In this document: in pieces, positions 1 through 13,438 of the stretch
Numbering within the stretch: position 1 is the first letter of the stretch
Layout: the number at the start of each line of letters is the position of its first letter
DNA from: the human T2T-CHM13v2.0 reference genome, Homo sapiens
Assembly (NCBI RefSeq): GCF_009914755.1
Contig: NC_060927.1
DNA length: 64,000 nucleotides
Reading direction: 5' to 3' (one strand)
Notes under the pieces: model-generated
Told to the model about the DNA's origin: nothing
The model's database searches: none
The model's input: the letters and a program-made list of their open reading frames with translations, nothing else
Translations under genes and position numbers: made by a program

Positions 1-170
1 AAAATTAGCCAAGCGTGGTGGTGGGCACCTGTAATCCCAGCTACTTGTGAGGCTGAAGCAGGAGAATTGTTTGAACCAGGGAGGTGGTGTTGCAGTAAGC
101 CGAGATGGCACCTTTGCACTCCAGCCTGGGCAACACAGCAAGACTCTGTCTCGAAAAAGAAAAAAAGAAA
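1..170 (+). mobile_element. Alu (AluS-like), right arm and A tail, cut by window start
   Basis: aaaattagcc...gtaatcccagctact...gcactccagcctgggcaac...gactctgtctc followed by an A-rich tail. Confidence 0.95.
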
Positions 171-605
171 GTGGTAGGAATTTAGACAGACTAGACATGT
201 TGCCTTAAATCACTCAGTTATGTTTCCTTCTCTCGATAGGGAAATTTTGTATTCCCTTTTCTTTACACGAAAAGTCAGAAAGTTCACATCTACCTTCATA
301 GTTGAAAGAGGAGGGCCCGGTTTGACTGGGAATAGCCTTGAAGATAATTGTCTTCATTCCATACCTTATTTTTGCTTCTGTAATGTTTTACAAAGACTTT
401 TTTCAAAAGTCACTTTTACACCTATTGTTTGCATATAACCTCACAAAAAAAGCAGTTGTCTTTATCCTCATTTTTTAATGAGTAAACTGTGGATTAAAGA
501 CATAAAATGTTTTTATTCAATCACCTTTTCACAGCAAAAATGGGACTAATCCAAGTTTGGCTGGCCCTCAAACCCCTTCTCTTTCTAATCTTCATTGCTG
601 AATAT

Positions 606-875
606 TTTTTTAAATTTTTCAGAGACACAGTGCAGTGGCATAATTACAGCTCACTGCAGCCTTGAACTCCTGTGTTCAAGGAATCCTCCCACCTCAGCCT
701 CTCAAGTATGTAAGACTACAGATGTGGGCCACCATGCCTGGCTATTTTTTTTTTCTGTAGAAACAGAGTCTTACTATGTTGTCCAGGCTGGTCTTAAACC
801 CCTAGGCTCAAGTGATCCTCCTGCCTCAGCCTCTCACAGTGCTGGGATTACAGGTGTGAGCCACTGTGCCTCACC
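606..875 (-). mobile_element. AluJ-like SINE
   Basis: Antisense Alu with J-type motifs (gctcactgcagccttgaactcc, ggctcaagtgatcctcc); ends gctgggattacaggtgtgagccactgtgcc. Confidence 0.9.
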
Positions 876-1147
876 TGAAAATTTGAATTTTCTTAGCTTC
901 AGGTAAAAATGCAAAAATAGGGCTGTAAAATTACTTGGAGAAAATGTATTAATGTAACTTATATTGCTTTATAGTTTATCCAGTTATATTTGTAACCAAG
1001 AGGAATGAAAAATGATTGTTTACTGTCTTTCTCCCAAATCCTCTTGACCCTTTCCCATAAGGGAGAATCTCAATTAACATACAACTTCACGTTTTATATT
1101 GTGAGTTTCCATGAACTTCCTTTTCAGTATTTCTTGGATTCTTCAAA

Positions 1148-1244
1148 TCAACCCCACACAGCTGATAGACAACTGGAGTTTACCCTTTTCCTCAACCCCA
1201 CACAGCTGATAGACAACTGGAGTTTACCGTTTTCCTCAACCCCA
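1148..1244. repeat. 44-bp tandem duplication
   Basis: tcaaccccacacagctgatagacaactggagtttacc(c/g)ttttcc twice, plus a third tcaacccca; 1 mismatch. Confidence 0.95.
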
Positions 1245-1348
1245 ATCTTCCAAACAAGAGAAAAAAAAATCCCACGATCAGGGTACAAAGAGCTTTACTG
1301 AACTCTTAAAAAATGTTCATACCCCATTCTCTTTTTGAAAAATTGACG

Positions 1349-1500
1349 CATTCATACATTCACCAAAATATTTACTAAGAAACTATGATAAGCTGAGCTC
1401 TGGAATATATGTAGGGAAAGAGATTTTAAAAGTAATAATACAATGAAATAAATTATGATCTCAAAGTGCTTACGTTCAGTGAAACAGCCCAGTTGCAAAG
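1349..1500 (-). mobile_element. L2 3'-end remnant
   Basis: cattcatacattcaccaaaatatttact resembles the reverse complement of the L2 tail. Confidence 0.45.
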
Positions 1501-2370
1501 CTATATTTTAATGCTATATGTTTAATGCTCTGAGATGTCTAGGGAAGCCTTCCTGGGGAAATGTCATAACATATAAAAAAAGACCCAGATCTTGTAGCAA
1601 CACTAAACATTGGAGGAAGAGGAAACACCTGTTTCCACTGAAATGGCACCAGTACCACTGTAAGTTGGCTGGGAACAAGATGGAAAATGGGGCGTGGAAA
1701 GAGTTGGTGCTCCCCTTTCCCCTTCCAAAATATTTTTTAACATATAGATGAAGTCAGCATTGAGACAAATTTAAAGCGAAAGGAGTATACAAGCAACCTG
1801 GAAGCAAAAGGGTGGAGTGGGGAGGGCTTTCCATCATCTTCCATTGAGGTGTTGTAGGAAGGATTGCCTAAGGTGAGTCTGTACAGCCACTTCACTACTT
1901 CCTTCTGTCTCTCAAATATTTCCAGATTCATCGGAAAGGTCAGGCACAAATCAGTGACCCTGGGGCATAAGAAAAAGTACACAAATAAAATACAAGAATG
2001 ATGAGACTCTGGTTGAGGGAAAGAGAGGGGAAAATAAATACAAACAGACAGAAAAGATGAGGAGCAGAGATTTTAAGCCATGTAGAAGGCAAAAATTTTA
2101 GAAACTTGGTGCAAGTAAGCAAGATGTACTTTTACTATCGATAGGATTTTGTCTGTCTGTTCTTTCTTCTTTTACTTCTTTTCTTTATTTTTGAAGCATT
2201 CTGACATCCTTCTTGAAGAAAACTTTTAGCAGAGATACAAAGAAACAAGTCAAATAAATATTTCTTAATCTAATAGTCTAATTCAGTTCTAGTACACTCA
2301 ATGACAATTGATAAGCCAATGAATCAGTCAATCAATCAATGATTTCAGTAGTTTAAAATTTATAATTATA

Positions 2371-2678
<308 letters not shown>

Positions 2679-2906
2679 AAAATTATAATTATATAAAGGA
2701 CACTGTGGCAAATAGTGGGGACATTTGACATGATTGAAGGGAGGAAGGATAATAAATGGTAAAGTAATGAGTCTAAGAGTGCCAAAGTGTATGTAAAAGG
2801 GAAATCCTAAGTATGTCTCAGTCTCAAAGAGGGAAAGGGAGCCTGTGTTCAGAAGCCTAAGTGAGCAGCAAATTGAAGTCACGTCCTAAGCTGAGGCTAT
2901 ACCTAC

Positions 2907-3290
2907 TGATGTGGTTTGGGTCTGTGTCCCCGCCCAAATCTCATGTCAAATTGTAATCCCCAGTGTTGGAGGATGGGCTTGGTGGGAGGTGATTGGATTA
3001 TGGGGGTGGATTTCCCCCTTACTGTTCTTGTGATAGTGAGTGAGTTCTCATAAGATCTGGATGTTTAAAAGTGTGTAGCACCTCCCCCTTCTCTCTCTTC
3101 CTTTTGCTCTGACCATGTGAGATGCGCATGCTTCCTTTTTGCCTTCCACCATTAAAGTAAGTTTTTTCAGTCTTCTCCAGCCATGCTTCCTGTACAGCCT
3201 GGGGAATCATGAACCAATTAAACCTCGTATCTTTATAAATTACCCAGTCTCAGGTATTTCTTTATAGCAGTGCAAGAACAGACTAATATA
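2907..3290 (+). mobile_element. MST (MSTA-like) ERVL-MaLR solo LTR
   Basis: Starts tgatgtggtttgggtctgtgtcccc, ends ttacccagtctcaggtatttctttatagcag...gactaatata; 5-bp TSD cctac/cccac. Confidence 0.9.
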
Positions 3291-3336
3291 CCCACATACT
3301 GATAAAGGAAAATTAGTATGAGATATGTCCAAGTGG

Positions 3337-3356
3337 TATATATATATATATATATA
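3337..3356. repeat. (TA)n microsatellite
   Basis: About 10 TA units. Confidence 0.9.
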
Positions 3357-4576
3357 AGAGATAGTTAATCTTTAATGAGACTATCTGGGGAACAAGGTGA
3401 GAAACCACTTCAGTTATCTATGCTACCTGAATTTTTAATGTTGAGTAATTTTAAGGATAAATGCAATCAAATATTTTTAAAGACCGCACATCTGCAATGT
3501 CTGATCAGAGGGCTCTAGTATAGATTGGTTATATTAAGATAAGGTCTAGGAGTTTAGAAGAACTTAGCTGTTTGTGGGGAATAAACACAGCTGATGTCTA
3601 CCTGCCCATCATGGTATGACCCCCTGGGTTTTTCTTGGGGATGGGGGCTGACCATTCTTATTGGTTAGGCACTTCTTTTGATTGATGTGCCTCTGCCATT
3701 ATGATTGTTACATATTTTGAATAACACTCCTGGAATAAACTCCATTGCAGAAATGTGACCTAATAACACAAAAAGCATCCCTTGTCAAGTGGCATTGCTT
3801 GCTCTAAGTTGCATATTATAAAGAGCAATCCTGCTGGTGCACTGGCTCTTTTTCCCCTTGGAGTAGAACCCATAAACAAGTAAGATCTCCTAGGAACCAC
3901 CTATGTTTAAATCAATAACTATATGAAGCTAGTATGTTATGCTGTAACTATCAAGCAGACTGTCCCTGAGAAAACCAGGACTGTTTATTGGCAGGTAGGA
4001 ATCCCTTGGGAAATATAATCCTCCTTATCCATTTACATAAGTATTCCCTTCCTATACTTGGGGAGAAGATATGAAAAAGCCTTGATCTCCTGATGTGTTC
4101 CCAAGTTTACTATTGCCAAAGAGATCTGTAATCCAACAAGAAAAAAATCTCCATGTACTTGTGGACTCTTCCCAGCCCTTCCGCTCTCTTCAGTACTCAG
4201 GTGTACTCAGGTGCAGTCATCTTTCAGACCCAGCCACTGTAGTACACAGACTTTTTGGCTCATGCACTGCAAACTCTGGACTCTCTTTCACAAACTGTTG
4301 TGCAATGTGTAAGGAATATCAACCACATCAATAATTAAATATATGGCAATAATCATTGCAGGAATGTGTGCAATGTCAATCCACGTGGGAGCTGAGAAGC
4401 AGTAAATGCTTCGGAGTAAATTCTCCAACCAGGGCAGAGACTGATGGCTCTACACAACTGCTTGCTGAAATCTATATGACCTCCACAAATCTAGCTCCTA
4501 GCAGGCAAAAAAATTCAATGGAGCTGCAAAAGGAAGTGCAGGAGAGGGGAATAGAAAGAAACACTCTCTTGTATCC

Positions 4577-4642
4577 AATATGTTTTTCTTTTCCTTTTAC
4601 AGGAAATGGAAGAATATGTTTTTCTTTTCCTTTTACAGGAAA
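4577..4642 (+). repeat. Tandem duplication (36-bp period) of a splice-acceptor-like sequence
   Basis: aatatgtttttcttttccttttacaggaaa at 4577-4606 and 4613-4642. Confidence 0.95.
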
Positions 4643-4847
4643 ATCACTTTCTTATTTAGGTGTTTTAAAAACACATTTTATTATATCTCTTGTGTTGAGA
4701 CATGTCACATGACCTCGTAGAATATGATTGGCATCTGCTCTGAGTTAGAAGAAAAAGCTATCATGGATGAATAAGGTTGACATTCAGATGTTCATTGAAT
4801 ACATTTCATCTCCTGGAGTTTATATTTTTCTGTTTTTTTTTTTCTTT

Positions 4848-4869
4848 TGTGTGTGCGTGTGTGTGTGTG
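4848..4869. repeat. (TG)n microsatellite
   Basis: tgtgtgtgcgtgtgtgtgtgtg. Confidence 0.85.
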
Positions 4870-5399
4870 AATTTAGGAATGATTTTCATAGCACCGATCT
4901 TCTAAGACATCTGGTCCTAGATGGCAAAAAAGCCATGTTGTTCAGACAGTGGCAAGTTCTCCAGAGAGGACACTATTTGCTTTGCTTCATTTCTAGAGCA
5001 GCCTACATGTGACAACATGGCTTTCATTTCCCTTCCTGTTCTTCTCTCTACACATGCCTGTCAAAAACTAGAAAATCAAATACTCATGCCCTGACCAAAG
5101 ACTTATGCCTGCTATTTTCCCTATGGAAAATAGCTTTGCTCTGGTTGGAAAGAGATATCTTATCATACATTGTATGTGTAGGGTATGAATTCTGATTGCT
5201 TGCCACCAGACCATGAAGCACAAGAAGAGTGACTAATAACCATACACTTGTCAGTTGGAGATGGAACTGGTAGATAGAATTTGAACGCTAGCTGACTGTA
5301 GAATTATTTGCCACCTTAGTCCCTACTGATATTTCTGCAAAATACTTCACTTGGGCTCAAGAATAGAACCAGAGGCAGACAGAGAATTCAACAATGGTT

Positions 5400-5720
5400 A
5401 TTTATTCGATTAATGTATTAATTCCACAAATATTTTTAAGCCTCTTCTATATGCCCTAGACAAAGCACTGAGGATACAGAAATGAAGAGCACAGCCCTAT
5501 AGGAGCTCGACTTCCAAAAACAGCAACATAATATAAACTTGTAAACACATAAAAATATGATATAATGTCATGTACTGTAAGTGCTGAAAAGCATAATAAA
5601 GCAAAAGATGGAGCTACAATCCAGGTGCACTTTAGATGTGCCTTCAGAGGAAGCCTCCTTGATCTGCGTGTGTATGTGGGAGAAGTAATTTGAACAATCA
5701 AACAAGGGTTAAGAGCATAG
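5400..5720 (-). mobile_element. L2 remnant
   Basis: attccacaaatatttttaagcctcttctatatgcc...gaggatacagaaatgaag matches the antisense L2 3' end. Confidence 0.6.
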
Positions 5721-6226
5721 AGTATTATTTTATTTTATTTTATTGTAGAAGATAGCATGAATTTAAAGACAGTAAAATGCATGACATTATCTAAATTCAC
5801 AAATATAAACTTTTTTGCGCATTATTTACACAATTTTGTGAAGTGGATAGAAGGTGTTAATTTTATCCTCTTCCCCTACAAAGTAAACTGTTAATAAAAA
5901 ATTCACATAGATTGTAAGAGGCATAACCAGGATCATGAACAAAGACTTCCTGACTCCAAATATAACATGTGCTCAAAACACAATATTTGCCATCTATAAC
6001 CAAATAGAGGTATTGAAGTTCGCAGAGGAGCTCTTTTATTATGGGTTGTAAACTGAAGTAGACCTGCCCTATTTATGGCCCCCGAGTGGAAGCCCGTATT
6101 TGTGTCTTCTACTCATGTCCTCTTTCCCTCAGATTTTAACCAGAGGGTTAAAATATAACTCCTAACCCAAAAGGAAGAGGCATCCAAAGACTTGGGTGAG
6201 CAGCCCAGGTTCCATCTGGTAAAAAC

Positions 6227-6535
6227 TTGTTTTTTGTTTTTTTTGTTTGTTTTGAGACAGAGTCTTGCTCTGCCACCCAGGCTGGAGTGCAGTGGCATGA
6301 TCTTGGCTCACTGCAACCTCCACCTCCCAGTGATTCAAGCAATTCTCCTGCCTCAGCCTCCTCAGTAGCTGAGATTACAGCCATGTGCCACCATGCCCGG
6401 CTAGTTTTTGTGTTTTTAGTAGAGACAGGGTTTCACCATGTTGGCCAGGCTGGTCTCAAATTCTTGACCTCGTGATCCACCTGCCTCAGTCTCTCAAAGT
6501 GCTGGGATTACAGGCGTGAGCCACTGCGCCTGGCC
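6227..6535 (-). mobile_element. AluS (AluSg-like)
   Basis: Full antisense Alu with gacctcgtgatcc; diverged TSD ccatctggtaaaaact / ccatgtggtaagaatt. Confidence 0.95.
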
Positions 6536-7266
6536 CCATGTGGTAAGAATTTGAACTAAGAGGTCAATGATCTGTAGACAATGGAACTCATAGGTCAACT
6601 CAAACTGAGAGAGGAACAGAGAAAGTTTATAGGGTGAGAGGGAATAAAAGAGGAAAGTAGAGAAAGAAGTAACTAACACTGAGAAACAGAGACAACTACA
6701 TCTGTCCTGCAGAAAGTAAGGAATTACCCAAGATACTGTGTCAAATCCTCAAACACAGCATACATCATTGGTAGCTAGACTGAGAAAATCAATGATTTTT
6801 ATCCTAATAAATATCTCTAGGAATAAAATGACTGTTATTTGACAAGGATAAGATAGGAGCTGAAGTACTGTCATCACTCATTTACTGGTAGAAATAAAAA
6901 ATGTAGATCCTCTAAAAATCTCAGTTGTGCTGTCTTTTTCAACTTCACCCACAGTAAAGAGCTATATAGTATTTCAGAACTGGAAGAGAACTCAGAGTTC
7001 ATCAAGTCCAAGTAGGCCAAAATAATTTGATTTTATTTGGCCACGTAATATCCCTGTGAGGTTCAGAGAAGCAGAGATTACAGATGGACAAGCTAAGGCA
7101 CCCGAGGCTTCACCCAAGTCATGGGCTTATGTATGGCACAAAACTCCTGGCTTCCAGTCCTGTGTCTCTTCTTCAACAACAGTTACATAACAGAACATAC
7201 TTTATTATCTTAAAGCAGCCACTCTGTCAAGCTTAAAAAGAATAAGGCTTAAGAACTCCACTTCAC

Positions 7267-7564
7267 GGCTAGGAGAGTGGCTCATGCCTGTAATCCTCAG
7301 CACTTTGGGAGGCCGAGGCAAGCGGATCAGCTGAGGTCTGGAGTTTGAGACCGGCCTGACCAACATGGAGAAACTCCATCTCTATTAAAAATACAAAATT
7401 AGCTGGGCTTGGTGGTGCATGCCTGTAATCCCAGCTACTTGGCAGGCTGAGGCAGGAGAATCTCTTGAACCTGGAAGGAGGAGTTTTCAGTGAGCCAAGA
7501 TCCTGCCACTGCCCTCCAACCTGGGCAACAAGAGCAAAACTCCATCTCAAAAAAAAAAAAAAAA
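7267..7564 (+). mobile_element. AluSp-like SINE
   Basis: cctgaccaacatggagaaac, aaaatacaaaattagc, gggcaacaagagcaaaactcc; TSD agaactccacttca. Confidence 0.95.
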
Positions 7565-10500
7565 TAGAACTCCACTTCAAAATAACCACAGGCCAGAGTG
7601 ATCACAAAAGCAAAAGACCTTAAATGAATACAAACGAAATAAAAAGTAGAGACTTAGATGAGGAGACTCTTTCGGGGCCTAGTGGCTTCTACAACAGCAT
7701 GTGTTCAAAAAACTTCTAAGCTTACTCTCTGGTCCTATCCTGTTTATTGAGATGAATTGCTCAATTCACCAAAATTCTCCAGGCCCAATTTTCATCTTCT
7801 AGGTAGAAGTAAGTTCTGATAAACCAGCATGCTATGAGGAATACAAATGAGCAAAATGAAAGGGACACTCTCTACAGCATGAAGAGCTATAAAGTAATGG
7901 GTTGATAAAGTTGAAAAGTGGCCTTGACAGGTAATCTAGCTGCAAAATATAGAATAAGGTAAATTATTATCTGCTACCCTGGCAGCTATTAGAGAGTTGA
8001 AAATACGTGTATTTGTATTTCCAGAACACTTTATCACACAATTGGGAAGAATGCAGAATGGAGAGGGATTCACTTATCTACTTCCATTGCTCCCCTCCAT
8101 GATGGGGGTTTTTGCTTAGTCCGAGATGAGAGTTGATTGGGGCAACAGAGGTAGCCATGAAGTAGAATGAAGTTTATTCCTGGAAACATTCTGCCCATTC
8201 CCATTCTTACTGCCACCCCCACACTACTGCTCAGCTGCCTCCTCACTATCTTTTGCCATATTTAATAAATGTCTTTATGCTATCCATCTTTATCCAAGGC
8301 TTCACACTATTAACTACTACAAGGAATGTTTTTCCCCAAGAAATAAGTTCCTTTCCCCTCTAGACTTACTAACTAATAGTCATCACATCAACTTCATGTA
8401 CTCTTCCACAAACATTTGTGGACCCTATTATTTATTAGGCACCAGCTTTAGCTTGTAGCTTCTCACCTCACCAAAATCCTTAATCAGATAAAATGCAGCT
8501 AGGTTCCAAAAGATGCTGATGCTAGAAATGTCAGTTGTACAGCAGGCCAACAGAGCCTGGTACTTCCAACCCCTAGAGACGGGGCAATGAGTCATGTGAG
8601 GCAAGGCTGCTGCTTGAATGGCTGAACAGAGTCAGGACCTGACAGTGGCCCTAGACTTCCTGTTCTCTGAACAGCTGCTGAGCCCAAGCTTTCATCAGCG
8701 GATGCATGAGTAGAAGGGAAGTTCAACCCTGGGCAGCTTCCATGCAGTCAGAGGATGTGAGTGACCATCAGATATTGATCTGGCTTATTCCCTTTATGCC
8801 CCAAAGACAAACAGATCTTTTCACAAAAGGTAGAATGAGGTCTAATGCACACACATGACCTCAGGTTGAGGAACAGCAAAGTGTTTTCAGATATCACCAT
8901 TGATGTTCAGAAAGATGCTCCATTTTTCTCCATGCAGTTTAAGTGCCATTTTTTCAACCCTCATAGCACTTGTTATGAATAAACGAGGCAGGCTTTGTTA
9001 CCTACCACCTGAAATTCTATAACAAGTATTTTTCAGCCTTGGCCAGCATTCTAAAGAGAACAGCTTAATTCTCACCACTGCAAAGTCCAAGGAAATCAGA
9101 ATATGAACCCACCGTTGATATATTTTCTTTTGACATATACAATTTTACTGAAACGGCTGACTTAGAGTTTGAAATGCAAAGATGTTTCATTTGAAAATTT
9201 TACAGGGACTATGGCTTCAGGAAAGCTCTTTATATCTCTATTACAGTAATGCCATATTGACTACCTGTTTGAATTCACTATATTCTTAAATCTAGAAGGC
9301 TTTTCAAAAAGGTTCAAACTATAATCCCAAACATAAACCTCCTTTGTCTTTATTATTCATTTTATAATTGTATACCAATGACCAATATGAAAGATGTTTC
9401 ATTTAGCACTATAGCTAGCGGTATATCCATTCCTGCATTTCTGAGACATCTGCCAAGGTCCATGTTTGAGCAAAAATATCATGTATTCTGTGTTGATCTC
9501 AATTTCCTAGGAAGATATGTGAGATGGGAATAGGCAAATTGACATTGCACTTTAGTGTCTGCTGGAATTATTTTGGATCCTTGATATATAGAAAAGTGGT
9601 TTGGATAGTTGGCCAGGCCAGACATAGTGCATCCCTGTTTCAAGGAAGGCAAAGCAATACACTGGGCCATTCCTAAGCATTGGGGAAATGCTGTTTGATT
9701 AGGGAAGTTGCTAGTTCTGGAGAATGAGTGATGTAAATACTCCGTGAGGAAAGTTATTGGTCAGTTGATAGGTCAGCCATGGTTTGAAGACTTTTTCTTT
9801 TAACATAACAATTTGTTTTCAGACTTTTAAAAATCTCTAATAGACTCAATGCTAGCCAAGTATTTGGTGGTTTTGTGAAGGTTTTTGGGATTCATGTCAA
9901 CTGCAGTTCTTCAGAAACCCGTTTAAGATGTTGTTTCCTTTCCATATGGCATTCTAAAAGGGAACAAGGGATTACAAATTTAAGATTGTGACAAAAAAGA
10001 ATGTTCTTTGTAACTATTTCTGTATTTTCTAAGCTTTGTAAATGAGTTTGACTCATATTTTGCCAAGACTGAATACTAGGTTTATTACTGGATTGTGATT
10101 TAAAACAAAAACAAAAATACATATATTCTTGGCAACTGGAACGCTTATATATGTATAATTTGTTGTAGGCTTTTGGTTTGCATTTTTGCTATGTTTTGAA
10201 GTTTGATTGACTCTATAAATGAGTCTTGAAGAAGGATAAATCATCTAAGCTTTATTTCAAGTCTTTCAAAGCAGAATTAGCACAATTTTAAAGTCTAAGA
10301 CACTGAGCATTCTTTGCAAGGCTTACCTCATTATTTCACACTGCATACTGGGAATACCACATTCTCATGGACTTTCAAACACTCTTAAGGCTGTAACTTT
10401 GTCCACTCTTACAAATTTGACTCTGCTAGACACGCCAAGTAATGTATCCTTCTGAGAAACCTTGGAGTCTCTTCTGAGACCATGGCTCCCTTCAGGGTGG

Positions 10501-11314
10501 TTCTCCATTCATAGATTGCTGCACTTTATGTCTTATAATCTTCACCCCTTACCCTTCAACTGTGGTTGCAACATCTCTGTCCAGATAATGCATGGCCAAT
10601 CCAAATGCAGCATCCACAGACTGGGCAAGAACCACAAGAAGTCCAGCTGGAAAACTCCACTCAATAACATAATGGAATGACTGATACCATCAGATCTCTC
10701 ACTGAGAGATCTGACTGAGAGATGTACAAACTCAGAGTGAGTAGTGGGAACGAATTTGAGAGATAAATGAAATAAGATAGAAGGTGCAAACAAGGGGTAG
10801 AAGCCTGAAGGAAGCACAACCCATAAGTTGCAGATTTAGTTCTCAAGCAGAAGTTGTGAAATGGAAGGAAGGAGAGAGAATAGAAAGATTTATTAGTGGT
10901 AGAAGGTTTCGAAGAGAAAATAGGTAGAGAACAAGGCAGAGGGGAAACTAAACCATGAACATGGCAGAGTATCAATGGGGGTTGCCACACACCACCACAG
11001 CTGAGATATTAGAGAAACGGATGCATTCTGACCAGCTGCCCAGTCCTCTGTAAGTTTGACTGTGGAGTACTTGAGGTTACACCCTGCCCTCCTTTATTCC
11101 CCTTACAACACATCCTCACTAACTAAAACACAAGAGTAGGGCTTTTTCCACTTTCTGACAAAAGACATTGAAACCTTAGGTAAATAATTCATTTACTAAA
11201 ATGAAATATCTATTTTGTGGGTTGGTGCTCCCACAGGTTCTGTGAAGACTATAAATATGAAAATCTGCAATCACGGCTTTCAAGGGGCTCATTTGTTTAA
11301 AGATATCAGTCCAT

Positions 11315-11548
11315 AGTGTGTTGATGAAGGGAGGGAAGGTCTAAAAGCAGGCACCATGGAACCAAATTGCCTGAGTTCAAATCCTGGCCCCAATATCAAC
11401 TAGCTGTATGACCTTGGGCCAGTTCCTGAACCTCTTTGTGCTTAGGTTTCCTCATCTATAAAAGAGGGAAACACTCTAAAACCTACCTCATAGTAGTGTT
11501 CTTGTAAGGGTAATATGAGTTAAGTTCTATAAAAAGCTCAGAATAGAG
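11315..11548 (+). mobile_element. MIR SINE
   Basis: Core gagttcaaatcctggc...tagctgtatgaccttgggccagtt...cctctttgtgcttaggtttcctcatctataaaa. Confidence 0.85.
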
Positions 11549-12799
11549 TTGAGAGTAACTGAGGTTGTCCAGGCCCTTCTCAGATGTCTTGAATTTTTGT
11601 GGAAAAGGAAGGAATCGGGTGGATTAGAAGCACCTATTCCTCATGCGAGAACAGTGTTTATGCCAAATCAGGCAGGGTGGTTCGGGAGTTACACCTATAT
11701 TCCAAGGCAACTGTCCACAGAACAGACATCCACCCAGTGCTCCTGAGCCTTGGCACAGAAGATCCCTCCTCTCTTCAGTCACTCACATGCCAGGGAAGAA
11801 ATTTGGTTCTCCTGCCTCCCTGCCTGGCTCCTGTCAGCCAGACATCTGCTACATATGCTGCTGTTGTTTCTGCTTCACCTTTCCCCACATGATCTTATTC
11901 TTGCCCCTTCTCTTCCCTTGTCATTCTTTCTTACGGGAAAGATGCTGGGGCAATTTTCTTTACAACATATGGAACCATGCAAAACATATATTTCTGCTTG
12001 GCTCTGGTGTGTTCTTGAGTCAATCAAGACCATCTGCGTTTGCATATCTAATATCCCCCAGTCTACCCCATCTCCTACATCGAATTATTTCTGTATAATT
12101 TAACAGTGTCTTTGTGCTACAAAGCCCTTAATAATTTTTAAACAAAATTGCCTTAATACATAGCAATTGCTAAATGCAATACGGAAATATTTATTTCTTT
12201 TGCCAGCTGTAGATTTCAAAGGCTGCCTTGCACAACTTGCAGAACTCTTTGTGATACAAACTATATAAGGTATGTTTCTTAAAAGTCACTTTTTTGGGGA
12301 GTCTAGCCACACATCACATTCAATTCTACTAGACATGAACTTTGAAAAATCATCAGCAAGTTAACTGCCCAAGGAAAGAATTCAAACCAGCCCTGTAATG
12401 TTTAATTTCCCCTTGACCATTCCATGGCTGACATCTGATATGCAGTGCTGAGTCTTTCCGATGGCACCTGTTTTCCAATTGTTGACCTGTACTTATCATC
12501 ACTGCAAAACACTAAGGCATGAATTCTACTGATAGCGGGAAATCCAGCTGGAAAGTAACACCATCAAAGCATCATGGAATATGTGATAAGGTTACATAAC
12601 TATAGTCATGTACAAGCACCAAAAATAAACAATAATTTTTGTAATAATATACTTATAAAATTATTTAAATGTTCAGGAATCAGGAATTTCTCAGTAGATT
12701 TAGAAATATTTCAAAAATCATTCTTTCAGGGATTTTTAAAGTCCCACGAGTATGCCATTTTCTCGAATGAGTCTTTGAAATTGCTTCAGTTCTTCTGAC

Positions 12800-12944
12800 G
12801 CATTCAGCAAATGCTGTGATCTAAACCTTTGTTGTAAGCAGTAGACTTGGATAGATTCTGTGCGGAATACAACAATACACGGGACACAGATTTGAGGCTC
12901 CAAGGAGTTTACAATCTAGTAAAAAGAAATAAGACATATATACA
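12800..12944 (-). mobile_element. L2 remnant interrupted by the MLT1 LTR
   Basis: cattcagcaaat...ccaaggagtttacaatctagt...agacatatataca. Confidence 0.55.
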
Positions 12945-13438
12945 TGTGTTCAGCAGATTGATAGCCATCATAAAGATGTTTGTGCCCTACACTCAGGAAC
13001 CTGTGAATATATCACCTTACATGGCAAAAAGTACTTTGCAGATGTGATTAAAATTAAGCTTCTTGTGATGGGAGAGATTATCCTGGATTATCTGGGTGGG
13101 CCCACCATAATCACATGATTCCTTAAAATGAGAGACTATTCATAAGCAGAGAAAGATGTAAATGGTCAGAGAAATACAATATTGCTATCATTGAAGATGA
13201 AAGGGGCCCATGAGCCAAGGAATGTGGGTGGCTTGAAAAGCTGGAAGAAGCAAGAAAACGAATTTTCCCCTAGAAAATTTTCCAAAACAGAACTCAGCCC
13301 TGCTAACATCTTGATCTGAGCCAAGTGACACCCATGTCACATTTTTCACCCCCAGAACTATAAGCTAACAAACTTTGTGTTGTTTTAAACCAGTGAGTTT
13401 GTGGTAATCTATTAATGTAGCAACACAAAACTAATACA
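12945..13438 (+). mobile_element. MLT1 (MLT1D-like) ERVL-MaLR LTR
   Basis: ggaacctgtgaatat..ccttacatggcaaaa..tttgcagatgtgattaa..gagattatcctggattatctgggtgggccc; ends aaaactaataca. Confidence 0.88.

Noticed and set aside
595-906. Alu-derived ORFs (also 6148-6475, 7269-7589, 54722-54955, 55433-55906)
   Set aside because: Standard Alu translation artefacts.
1148-1244. CRISPR-like repeat
   Set aside because: Eukaryotic DNA, two adjacent units and no spacers.
11549-12103. Overlapping 65-151 aa ORFs in unique sequence
   Set aside because: No homology recognised and no convincing splice or start context.
12207-12269. Candidate + strand exon (tgccag|...aag|gtatgt), plus isolated splice-like sites at 1872, 39020 and 63819
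   Set aside because: No recognisable coding content or consistent exon chain; such sites are expected by chance.
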